DNA of 64,000 nt from the human T2T-CHM13v2.0 reference genome, Homo sapiens: the NCBI RefSeq assembly GCF_009914755.1, contig NC_060925.1; one strand, 5' to 3'. A model generated the notes under the pieces. That model was given only the letters and a program-made list of their open reading frames with translations, did no database searches and was not told the DNA's origin. A program made the position numbers and the translations under genes. This document shows, piece by piece, positions 30,796 to 41,864 of the stretch; positions within the stretch are counted from its first letter, which is position 1, and each line of letters opens with the position of its first letter.

Positions 30796-30996
30796 TCCCA
30801 AGCAAGACTAAAATCTGGCAAAAAAAAAAAAATTGTGAAATGAGTAAGATAATAATGCTCAAGAATAATCCTCTTTGACTCCATTCTTTGCACTCCCAAG
30901 CAAGACTAAAACCTGGCAAAAAAAAAAAAAATTTGTGAAATGAGTAAGATAATAATGCTCAAGAATAATCCTCTTTGACTCCATTCTTTGCACTCC
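30796..30996. repeat. Two-copy tandem duplication of about 98-100 bp
   Basis: The unit TCCCAAGCAAGACTAAAA...CCATTCTTTGCAC starts at 30796 and again at 30894. The copies differ only by one T/C, A13 versus A14, and one T. Confidence 0.95.
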
Positions 30997-31851
30997 AGGC
31001 CCACAGAGATGGTAGTCTCACCTTTAGACCGACTGAGGTTGCAGTTTTCTGCCCAAATCTTGGTAGGGTACTGCACAGTCTTTAGCTCTCTTGGGTGTCT
31101 TCAGCCATGTTCTGTCTCTGTGCCAGGGCACTGTACATGCCACATTTTTTTTTGTCAAGGTAGGGCGGGTCATGCCCCATTGCTTTGCTTGTTTGCCTTA
31201 CACCCAAAGCTCCACTAGGTATTGGTTCTGCCTTTTGAAATTAAAGGGGAAGCAGCCATGCCCCAAGAGGGGGAACTCTGGGCAGGTGTTGAAAATAGTG
31301 GTTCTGAATTGTCTTTGAAGTTCCTTCTTTCCTTATCTTGAAGAATAGCATATGTTCACAGACAAATAGTTTTATGGCCTAATTTTATATGGTCTAAGAG
31401 GCCCAAAATGCTTTTCATTTTCTACTATTTTCTCTATTTCCTTTGTCCCACCTGGGGGTGTGTTTGACAGTATAGCTTCATTTCTAACTTTTGTTTAGAT
31501 AGTTGATTAAGTCTATACTTTAAGTCTATACATCCATATGATCTCCTTATCAAACAATTTCTTAGCTTCACACTTAGTGCTCTCCTGCAAAAATGTTTTC
31601 TTATGTTTTGCAATATGGTTAAGATGATAATTTTCCAATCTTAAATTTTGTGTCATTTTTTGCATAACAATTACATCTTTAAGTCACTTCTCACTTCTTG
31701 AATTTAGTATAAGCAGTCAGGAGGAACCAAACCATACCTCCAACATTTTGTTTGCAAATGTCTTCAGGTAAACATGCAATTTCATGACTTACAAGTTCTA
31801 CCTTTCACAAAACCCTGTGAACATAAGCATTTCAACCAAGTTATTTGTCCC

Positions 31852-32376
31852 TGTATTACTCAGGGTTCCCTAGAGGGACAGAACTAATCGTATATCTATA
31901 TCTATATATTATATTATATTATATTATATATACAAAATATATATTATACATATAATATATATATTATATATATATGGAAAATTTATTAAGTAGTATTAAC
32001 TCACACAATTATAAGGTCCCACAATAGACCATCTGCATGCTGAGGAGTAAGGAAGCCAGTCTGAATCCCAAAGCTGAAGAACTTGGAGTCCAATGTTTGA
32101 GGGCAGGAAGCATCCAGCATGAGAGAAAGATGTAGACTGGGAAGCTAAGCCAGTCTAGCCTTTTCATGTTTTTTTTTTTTTTTTTTCCTGCTTAATATTC
32201 TAGCCACGCTGGCAGCTGAATAAGTGGTGCCCACCCAGATTGAGGGTGAGTCTGCCTTTCCCATGCCATTGACTCAGATGTTAATCTCCTTTGGCAACAC
32301 CCTCACAGACTCACCCAGGATCAATATTTTGCATCCTTCAATCCAATCAAGTTGAGACTCAGTATAAACCATCACA
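31852..32376 (-). mobile_element. 3' LTR, MLT2A1-like
   Basis: TGTATTACTCAGGGTTCCCTAGAGGGACAGAAC...CAATCCAATCAAGTTGA...CCATCACA. Adjacent PPT AAGGGATGGACT on the minus strand at 32377-32388. Confidence 0.92.
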
Positions 32377-32799
32377 AGTCCATCCCTTGTCAACTTGAAC
32401 CCATACACATCTCCTGAGATCATACATAATCTTCAAATAAAGCAATAATGAGGTCACGATTACATCTAACATAATAGAACTATCCTTCTTCCAACTGGAA
32501 ACACACCAACCCCAACCTAAATGCTATGTAAAGTTAATAATACTTAAATGCTGATATTGATATGAAGTCAATAAATGTTGTATCAAATGATAAAGGAAAA
32601 AGGAAATAAAATGCAGATGTTTTCTTAGTACAAGTGTATACATACACAAACATGTTTTTAACAAAAAAAGGAGAAAATACTCATGACAATTGCAGTCCTC
32701 GTTTCTGCAACCAGTCACGTGGTTGTAGCTGGTATTGATGACTACTACCTTCTTCTACTACCCATTCTGTATTACCTTTGCCTTCAGCAAGCATCTTTC

Positions 32800-33250
32800 C
32801 AGGTCGTGTTTTGTTCCTGGTAGAGTGACCCAGACCTTCATTCCTGAAGGGTCTGGGCCATTTGTAGTCCATCCTGGATTAGACTGTTGTAGTTTCCCAT
32901 TTACCTTAATCACAGGGCATGGTAATACTAACAGACACCCTAATGGATCTCCTGTATTCCATGCATACTCTTCCTTACATTCTTTTTGAAGTAGTAGACT
33001 AATTTCGTCTTGCTAGTCCGGGTCAATCACCCTAGCCAACACTGTAACTCCCTTCTTAGCCTGTTGGCTTAAAGGTGGGAGGAGCCCAAAGTGTCCAGGT
33101 GGCAATCTTAACTTCCAGTTTAATGGAATTGTTGTTGTGTCTCCTGGTGGTAGCATTCCTCCCTCTAGAATTAAGACCTCTAGGCCATCAGAATGTAACG
33201 TCATGGGAACAGGAAGCAAAAATTTTGCTAGTGGACCACTAGGGGTTATG
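32800..33250 (-). pseudogene. HERV-L dUTPase remnant
   Basis: ORF 33013-33327 has PLNWKLRLPPGHFGLL...GVTVLARVIDPD then a stop. Location downstream of IN is diagnostic of ERV-L. Confidence 0.85.
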
Positions 33251-35725
33251 GTGAGTGGTGCCACTTCTACTTCCACCCCTCGATTCCTGGACTCATGAAT
33301 TCTGGCTATGGGAAAAAAAAATACCATATATTGGATGCTAACTCAGACCATACATGGCATTCTGAAGAGCTTTGCCCCAGCCCTGTAAAGTATTGTTACC
33401 TAGGTGGCATTGTAATTGCTACTTCAAAAGGCCATTCTACCATTCTATCAATCTAGCTGCTTCAGGATAATAGGAAAAATGGTAAGACCAGTGAATTCCA
33501 TGAACATAAGCCCATTGCCACACTTCTTCAGTTGTAAAATGAGTTCCTTGATCAGAGGTAATGCCATGTGGAATACCATGACGGTGGATAAGGCATTCTG
33601 TGAGTCCACAGATGGTAGGCTTGGCAGAAGCATTACGTACAGGATAGATACTCATATCTGAAGTAAGTGTCTATTCCAGTGAGGACAAATCTCTGGCCTT
33701 TCCATGGTGAAAGAGGTCCAATGGACCAATATAATCAATCTACCACCAGGTAGCTGGCTAATCACCCCAAGGAATGGTGCCGTATTGAGTGCTTAGTGTT
33801 GGTCTCTGCTACTGGAAAATTGGACACTCAGATGTGGTCGTAGCAAGGTCAGCCTTGGTGAGTGGGAATTTGTGTTGCTAACTCCATGCATAACCTCCAT
33901 CCCTGCCACTATGACCACTTTGTTCTTGGGCCCATTGAACGGTGACAAGGGTGGTTGGAAAAAGAGGCTGAGTGGTGTCCACACAATGGGTCATAATATT
34001 CAATTGATTATTAAAATCCTCCTCTGCTGAGGTCACCTGTTGGTGAGTCCTCACTTGGGATACAAATATCTTCACAGTTTTTGACCACTCAGAGAAGTCC
34101 ATCTGCATTCCTCTTCCCAAGATTTCTGTGTCACCAATTTTCCAATCATGCTTCTTTCAAGTCCCTGACCATCCAGCCAAAGCATTGGCTACAGCCCATA
34201 AATCAGTATATAATCACACATCTGGCCATTTCTCCTTCCATGCAAAATGCACAAAAAAGGTGCACTTCTCGAAGTTCTGCCCACTGGAAAGATTTTCTTT
34301 CACTGCTGTCTTTCAGGGATGTTCTAGAAAGGGGCTGTAGTGCTGCAGCTGTCTACTATTGGGTAGTGTCTGCATATCGTACAGAACTATCTGTGATCCA
34401 GGCCCTAGTCTTCTCTTCCTCTGTCCACTGACCATAGAGAACTCCCAGTGAGGACTTTGGTGTAGGCTGGGGGGAAAAAAGGCAGGGTGGCAGAAGTGTA
34501 GACTACATAAGCCACTTTCTCATGTAACTTACTTGTGCCTTCAGCACCTGCTTGCGACCAATCATGTATATACTACTTTCATTTGATGATGGAATGCTGC
34601 TGCGCACAACCCACTTTATGGCTAGATGGGTTAGAAAGCACCCAAGTCATGATAGGCAGTTCAGGACTCATGATGACTTAATTACCCATAGTCACACGTT
34701 CAGTTTCCTCCAAAGCCAGTAATAGGCCAAGAGTTATCTTTCAAAAAGAAAGTAGTTATCTGCAGATGATGGCAGAGCCTTGCCCCAAACCCTAGAGGCC
34801 TCCACTGTGATTCATCTATAGGGGCCTGCCAAAGGCTCCAAACAGCATTCCTATCTCCCACTGACACCTCAAGCACCATTGGATCTGCTGGGTCATATGG
34901 CCCAATGGAAGAGCAGGTTACACAGCAGCCTGAACCTGTTGTAGAGCCTTCTCCTGTTCTGGACTCCACACAAAACTGGCAGTCTTTTGGGTCACTTGAT
35001 AAGTGGGCCAAAGTAGCACACCAAAATGAGAAATGCATTGTCTCCAAATTCCAAATAGGCCCACTAGGCATTGTGCTTCTTGGTTGTAGGAGGGGCCAAA
35101 TGCAGCAACTTATCCTTCACCCTAGAAGGAATATCTCGACAGGTCCCACACCACTACATCCCTGGAAATTTTACTGAGATAGAATGTCCCTAAATTTTAA
35201 TCAGATTTATTTCCAATTTTCTTGCATGAAAATGTCTCACCAATAAGTTCAGTGTGTTTTCTACTTCTTGCTCACTGGATGCCATCAGCATAATATCATT
35301 AATGTAATGGACCAGTGTGGTATCTTGTGGAAGCAAAATGTGATTAAGGTCTCTCTGAATAAGATTATGACACAAAACTGGAGAGTTGATATACCCCTGA
35401 GGTAGGACAGTAAAGGCATATTGCTGGCCTTGTCAGCTGAAGGTAAATTGTTTCTGGTGGGCCTTATGGAAACGAATGGAGAAAAAGTCATTTGCCAAGT
35501 CAATGGCTGCATACCAGGTACCAGGAGATGTGTTAATTTGCTCAAGCAATGAAACCACATCTGGTACAGCAGCTGCAATTGGAGTCACCACTTGGTTAAG
35601 CTTATGATAATACACTATCATTCTCCAAGATCCATCTGTCTTCTGCATGGGGCAAATAGGAAAGTTGAATGAGGATGTGGAGGGAATCACTGCCCCTGCC
35701 TCTTTCAAGTCCTTCATGGTGGAAC
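33251..35725 (-). pseudogene. HERV-L pol remnant (RT, RNase H, integrase), frameshifted
   Basis: RT motifs [31 protein letters not shown] and YIND (YxDD mutated). IN motifs SGHSGRDG, GITSDQGTHFT and PEAARLIE. Split across many frames. Confidence 0.92.
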
Positions 35726-35729
35726 TAAT

Positions 35730-36140
35730 CTATTCAGTCCCTCTAGGGATGTAATATTGTATTTGGTTTACTATTTTTCTAGTTAGAGGCAGCTCTGATG
35801 GCTCCCATTTGGCCTTTAACAAAATAATAGCTCTCACCTTACCAGTCAAGGAGCCAATGCAGGGTTTCTGCCAGCTGCTAAGTATGTCTATGCCAATTAT
35901 GGATCCTAACACTGGGGAAATGACCACAGGATGAGTCCAGGGACTCACTAGACCCAGTGTAAGTTGGGCCTGAGCTAAAACTCCATTAGTTGCCTGACAT
36001 TCGTAAGCCCCTACTTTATCTGGAGGACAACAATGACGTTTTGGGTCCCCTGGAATCAACATCAGCTCATCACCAGTGTCCAGTAGTCCCTGAAATGTCT
36101 GATCATTTCCCTTTCCCCAGTGCACAGTTACCCTGGTAAA
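35730..36140 (-). pseudogene. HERV-L aspartic protease remnant
   Basis: ORF 35730-36233 contains FQGLLDTGDELMLIPGD and IIGIDILSSW. Confidence 0.9.
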
Positions 36141-37855
36141 AGGCCAGAGGTCTCCTTGGATAGGATGGGAGAAATATTCACTGAATAAACTGTCAATAAT
36201 GTAGTGGGTTCCCTCCTCAAGGGGACCTGGCATCCCCTTCGTTCAAGGGGTTCTGGGTGTGTAAACTGGCTCAAGTCAGGATATTGATTGAGTGGCCATG
36301 ATTCTCTATTTCTATGATTCAAATTCGAATTTTGTCCATTCGACCTGGAAGTTTTCTGATTATACAAATTAAGTAGGAATGCAGTAGGCTTCCTATCAAT
36401 TTCACTTCTAGGAACACCATAATTAACTAGCAAATGCCAGATCTCTCCATGTGTCAGACTATTCTGATTGCTGCTTTGCCTTTTCTGTCCATTATGGTAG
36501 CTATGCCCACCTTGTCTTTAATGTTTGAGTGCTGCTACTTGCCCCTGGCACCTTGGGATCCAATTATTTCCATTATATTTAAATTTTGTAGTTGAATGAC
36601 TGAGCTTTCCATGGTCAGATCTGACATACAGAGAAGGGCAATTATAGGGCTCTTCAAAGGTACAGGTGCTGCCCTCACGAATCTATTTCACAAGGCATTG
36701 GTCAAGGGTATATTCTGGATGCTCCCAGCTGAGATGAGTTCGTCTAAAGTAACTAATCTACTCCACCATTCCAAAATTCCTAAGCCTTTGGATCCCCTCC
36801 TCTACATTAAACCAAGAAAGATCAGGCATTTCCAGCTTATTCACAGCAGACCATCTTTTAATCCATATTCCAGCTAACCAAGCAGATGAGTGGTTAGAAC
36901 CTTTTTTAACTCCTTGAGCTGCAGCATTAAATGCAGAATCCTTACTTAGTGGGCCCAAGTCAACAAATTCGGCTGGACCAACTCTATGTTCCTCCCACCA
37001 TTATCCCACACACTGAATATCCATCCCCATGCCTGTTCTCCAGATTTCTGCTCATATAAATTAGAAAGCTCAAGCAGTTCTTTTCAAGTGTAGCACACCT
37101 CCTCATGGGTCACACTCTGAATTTTACCTCTAGGAGCCTGCCATGACTTTAGCCTAGTTATAGGTCTAGAAACAAACAGGGGTGTTGGGGATGGCTCCTG
37201 GGAAGAACCAACATTATCTTGCCTCTGGCAACTGCCTCAGGGGAGGCCATCACTCTTGCCTCAGGCTGGGTAGGTTTATATCTTCAGAGGAAGGTGGAAA
37301 GGCTGATGGCAGCATGGGTCTGGGAGAGGATGTTGCCATTACTGGGGATGAAAAGCTGTTTCTTTTGGCGAAAAAGGTTCATCAGAACTTACAAGCTCAG
37401 TGTCCCCAGCTTCAACAAGGTCATCCCACACATCCCCATTCCAAGTTTCAGGCTCCCATTCTTTTTCAACCAATTCTCTCACTTTGTAACAGTAGACACC
37501 TTGTGAGGCTGTGCATGCACCTTTCATTGCAGGTCAGCCACTCTCATGGTAAGCACTTGTGTTCATTTTCCCAGAATTTCAGCTCTTTTTCTACAGGAGA
37601 TAAGACTCTGACTCAGGGCACTCTTATGTTTCTTGGTTTTCCACCTAGAGTCAAAGGTATTATGTATAGAGTCATTAAACTCATCGCCTCTCACGAGCGG
37701 TGGATCAGGAGTGTCTTATGCCTTTATTTTGCATAACTCTCTAAACAGTTCATGCCAAGGACTATCAGTGTTCTCCATACTATTACAGGTACAGTCCTTA
37801 GTATTTTTGGGTCTAATCATGTTGAGCAGACAACTCCAGAAACCCCAGAACCAAT
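36141..37855 (-). pseudogene. HERV-L gag remnant
   Basis: GFWSCLLNMIRPKNTKD...PWHELFRELCKI, KEWEPETWNGDVW, LSKDSAFNAAAQG and GVPRSEIDRKPTAFLL in separate frames. Confidence 0.9.
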
Positions 37856-37910
37856 GAGAGAACTCCATTCTTAATGGAGTTCCATTAATAATAATCTGTT
37901 CCTCTAGAAA

Positions 37911-37924
37911 CACTCCTGGTACCA
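37911..37924 (-). promoter_or_regulatory. Primer binding site, tRNA-Leu
   Basis: The minus strand reads TGGTACCAGGAGTG just inside the 5' LTR. It is complementary to the recalled 3' end of tRNA-Leu(TAA). Confidence 0.8.
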
Positions 37925-37928
37925 AATC

Positions 37929-37992
37929 TGTATTAATCAGGGTTCTCTAGAGAGACAGAACTAATAGGATATATATATATATATCCTATTAC

Positions 37993-38023
<31 letters not shown>

Positions 38024-38478
38024 ATACACACATATATATGTTTATATGTGTTTTTGTGTATATATATATATATATGTATACACATATATGAGGAGTTTAT
38101 TAGGTAGTATTAACTCACATGATCACAAGGTCTCACAATAGGCTGTCTGCAAGCCGATGAGCAAGGAAGCCAGTTTGAGTCCCAAAGCTGAAGAACTTGG
38201 AGTCTGATACTAGAGAGAAGGAAACATCCAGCATGGGAGATTGATGTAGATTGGGAGGCTAAGTTTTCTAGTCTTTTCACGCTTTTCTGCCTGCTTTATA
38301 CTCTAGCTGTGCTGGCAGCTTATTAGATAGTGCCCACCCAGATTAAGGGTGGGTCTGCCTTACTGGCCCACTGACTCAAATGTTAATTTCCCATGGCAAC
38401 ACTCTCACAGACACACCCAGGATCACTACATTGCATCTTTCAATCCAATCAAGTTGACACTCATTATTAACCATCCCA
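37929..38478 (-). mobile_element. 5' LTR, MLT2A1-like
   Basis: TGTATTAATCAGGGTTCTCTAGAGAGACAGAAC...CCATCCCA, colinear with 31852-32376. Contains an internal (TA)n(CA)n tract. Confidence 0.92.
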
Positions 38479-38835
38479 GCTCCCCCCCCCTTTTTTTTTT
38501 AGAAGAATCACCTTTTATCCATTGCTAAATACCATCTTTCTCATTTCCACCTGAGACCTCCTCAGAATAGCCTTTACTCTGTCTGTGTTTATGCCAACAT
38601 TCTGTTCATGATTACTTAGATTTCTATAAGAAGACAAAGCTTTCTTTATATCTATATTCTTTTATTTCTGAACCTTCAACAGAATTATCTTACAATTTTT
38701 TTCACTACAATCTATTATTTTTATAGCATGCACCTCAAATGTTTTGCACCTTTTTTCCATTATCTTCATTTAAAAATGCTTGCACAATTTTGGGTATGTA
38801 TTATACCAGAACTCACACTTCTCATTACCAATTTC

Positions 38836-39195
38836 TATATTAGTTTTTTCAGGGTGCTATAACAAATTTTTATATACTAAATAGATTAAAAAACATTTAT
38901 TTCTAACAGTTGTGGAGACTGGGAATTCTAATATAAAGCCACTAGCAGATAAAATGTCTGGTGAGGGTGTGCTTCCTAGTTTACAAACATTGGTCTTCTT
39001 GCTGTCCTCAAATACTAGAAAGGAGGCTAGAGAGCTCTCTGGGGTCTTGTTTATAATGACACTAATTTCATTCATGAAGGTTTCACTTGCATGACTGACT
39101 TTCCTTTCAAAGGCCCCATGTGCAAATACCATCACACTGGGGGTTAGGATTTCAACATATGAATTTTTGGAGGACACAAATATTCAGTTCACACA
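38836..39195 (-). mobile_element. MLT1A/MLT1A0 LTR (5' LTR of the host MaLR)
   Basis: TACCAATTTC|TATATTAG junction, CTCTCTGGGGTC...ATACCATCACACTGGGGGTTAGGATTTCAACATATGAATTT. Confidence 0.85.
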
Positions 39196-40015
39196 ATTTC
39201 CAATGTATACTATGATAGATTTGGGGACTTATCTCTATTCTAAGAACAAAACAAAAACCCTTAGAATCATTCACACCCCTTAAGAAATTTAAAAATCACA
39301 TGGTACAGGAGAATATTGGGATCCATTTATACTGTCAAGGAAAGTGGAAAACGTTTTGGTAAATAATATTACCAAGTAATACCATTAAATTATTTTCTCT
39401 ATGTAATTATCTTAAAGTTTTATTGAAATAATACATTTTTGAAAAATGAAAATGCCTATATTAGGAATCATTTTAATAATTATACTCCTTATTTCTTTCC
39501 ATTTCAGAAAAACATTGGTTAAATATATATATATATATATAAAGCATAATATTTACCATCTTAACTATTTTGTTAGTGTTAAGTACATTCATATTGTGAA
39601 ACAGCCATCACAACCATCAATCTTCAGAACTCTTCTTTTGCACTATTGCAACTCTACATACATTCAATAATAATTCCCCAGTTCCCCTCCCCTAGTTCCT
39701 GAAAAACACTCTTCTTTCTGTCTCTATAATTTTGACTACTATAAGTACCTCATATAGGTGGAATCACTTATCTTTTTGTGACCAACTTGTACTTAGGATA
39801 ATGTCCTCAAGCTTCATCTATGTTGTAGTGTATGTCAGAATTTCCTTTCTTTTTAAGGTTGAATAATATTTCATTGCATATTTCACTTATTCATTCATCT
39901 AGTGATGGGCATTTGGGTTACTTTCATATTTTGGCTATTAATAAGGCTGCTATAAACATGAGTATACAAATATATCTTTGAAAATCTGCTTTCAGTTGTT
40001 TTGGGTGTATACACT

Positions 40016-40088
40016 GAAGTAGAATTCTTGATCATATGTTAATTCTGTTTTATACTCAGAAGTAGAATTCTTGATCATATGTTAATTC
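40016..40088. repeat. 30-bp perfect direct repeat
   Basis: GAAGTAGAATTCTTGATCATATGTTAATTC at 40016-40045 and 40059-40088. Confidence 0.95.
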
Positions 40089-40090
40089 AG

Positions 40091-40193
40091 CCATGTTGGC
40101 CAGGCTGGTCTCGAACTCCTGGCCCCAACTGATTTACCCACTTCGGCCTTCCAAATTGCTAGGATTATAGGCTTCAGCAACTGTTCCCAGCCT
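40091..40193 (-). mobile_element. Alu left-arm fragment
   Basis: CCATGTTGGCCAGGCTGGTCTCGAACTCCTG...TGCTAGGATTATAGGC...CCCAGCC. Confidence 0.85.
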
Positions 40194-41247
40194 TTTACAT
40201 GCTCTTTGGAGTCATGTCTATTCAATTACTTTGACTATTTTTTATTTGGGCTAAGTGCTTTTGATTGTTGGGTTTCAGGTTTTCTCTATATATACTAAAT
40301 ATTAATCCCTTGGCAAAAATCATATCAAAATCCATGATATACAAGTATTTTCTCCCATTCCACATGTTGCCTTTTTATCCAATCACACAAAAATTTTTAG
40401 TTTTTAAGTCCCATTAGTTTGTTTTTTTTTCTTTTATTGCCTGTGACTTAGGTTTCATATCTTAGATATCATTGCTAAATCCAATGTCAAGGAGCTTTGC
40501 ATTATTTTTTCTATAACTTATATACTTTTAGCTCTTAAGTGGACATATTTAATTTATTTTGAGTTTGTTTCTGGACGTAACATTTGGTTAGGTTCTAACT
40601 TTTGTATGCCGATAATTAGTTTTCCCAACATCATCTGTTGAAAAGACTATTTGCTCTCCATGAAAAGGCCTTGGCTTTCTTGTTGATATTTATTTGACCA
40701 TGTATGTAAGGGTTTATTTCTGAGCTGTTTCTTTATTCTATTGAGCTGTACGTCTGTCCTCGTGTTACTACTGCATTGTATTGATTACTGTAGCTTTGTA
40801 GTAAATTTTGAAATCAGAAAGTGTGAGTCTTCCGACTTTGTTATTTTTCAAGATTGTTTGAATTATTTGGGGTTTATTCAGATGCCATATAAATTTTAAG
40901 AAAAGTTTTATTATTTCTGCAAAAAAATGGAATTTTGATAAGGTTTACATTAAATCTGTAGGTTAGGTATATTGACATTTTAGTAATATTAAGTCTTTTA
41001 ATCTCTAAAAATGAGATGTCTTTCCATTTATTTAGGTCTTTTTAAATTTTTTTCAACAATGTTTCATTGTACAAGTTTTTTGACTGCTTGGTTAAGTTAA
41101 TCCCTAAGTATTGAATTCACTTTGATGCTATAGTAAATGAAGTTGTATTGGTAAATTCATTTCCTCATTAATAATGTATAAAAATAGAACTGATTTTTGT
41201 GTCAACTTTGTATCCACTTTGCTGAATTTGTTTATTGGTTCTAAAAG

Positions 41248-41248
<1 letters not shown>

Positions 41249-41291
<43 letters not shown>

Positions 41292-41294
41292 GTG
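41249..41294. repeat. (TG)n microsatellite
   Basis: Direct reading. Confidence 0.95.
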
Positions 41295-41864
41295 CTCTTT
41301 AGAGTTTCTACGTATGAGAACAAATCATTTAAAAGCAGAGAAAATTTTCCTTTCTTTCCAATTTTGATGCCTTCTATTTCTATGTTTTTGCTTAACTGTT
41401 CTGGCGAGGACTTCCCATACTATGTCAAATAGAAGTGGAGAAGGCTGGATTTGTTGCATTGTTTTTCGTCTCAGAGAAAAATCTTTCAATCTCTCACCAT
41501 CACATATGGCCTATGCTGTGGATTTCTAATATGGATTTTATTATGTAGAGATAGTTTCCTTCCTTTCCTAGTTTATTGTGTACTTTTTATTGTAAAAGAT
41601 TATGCAATTTTGTCAAATGTTATTTTGCATCAACTCAGATAATCGTGTGTTTTTTTAATTTGTTATGTTAATGCAGTGTATTATATAGATTAATTTTTGT
41701 ATGTTGAACCATCTGTGGATTTCGGAAATAAATCCCATTTTGTCATGGAGTATAATTCTTTTTATATGCTGCTGAATTTGGTTTTCAAGTATTTTGTTAA
41801 AATTTTTTCATCAATGTTCATACAAAATATTAGTCTTTTTTTATTTAATTGTGTATTTTTTAAT

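Larger units (their letters stand above)
31852..38478 (-). mobile_element. Full-length HERV-L provirus (LTR-gag-pro-pol-dUTPase-LTR, no env), defective
   Basis: Two homologous LTRs, Leu PBS, polypurine tract, and gag/PR/RT/RNaseH/IN/dUTPase remnants in ERV-L order. Confidence 0.95.
30690..38835 (-). mobile_element. MLT1A-type MaLR internal region, split by HERV-L (about 30690-31851 and 38479-38835)
   Basis: MaLR-int text (TTCCAAAATTCAATGGGGGTACAGGCATAG; TTCAACCAAGTTATTTG) resumes after the provirus (CTCATTTCCACCTGAGACCTC) and runs into the MLT1A LTR. Confidence 0.75.
39530..41840 (-). mobile_element. L1MB-like 3' UTR plus ORF2
   Basis: TTTACCATCTTAAC...AAGTACATTCA terminus and antisense ORF2 text (GATTACTGTAGCTTTGTAGTAAATTTTGAAATCAG). 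Confidence 0.85.

Noticed and set aside
33013-33327. Intact domesticated dUTPase
   Set aside because: A stop codon follows VIDPD within conserved motif 3, and the remaining motifs lie outside the ORF.
37182-37736. Longest ORF (184 aa, plus strand) as an antisense retroviral protein
   Set aside because: It is a shadow frame of decayed gag with a GTG start and no recognisable domain.
37911-37924. tRNA gene
   Set aside because: Only 14 nt match a tRNA 3' end including CCA. This is a retroviral primer binding site.
40016-40088. CRISPR-like repeat-spacer-repeat
   Set aside because: Only two copies, a 13-nt spacer, L1-derived sequence, eukaryotic context and no cas genes.
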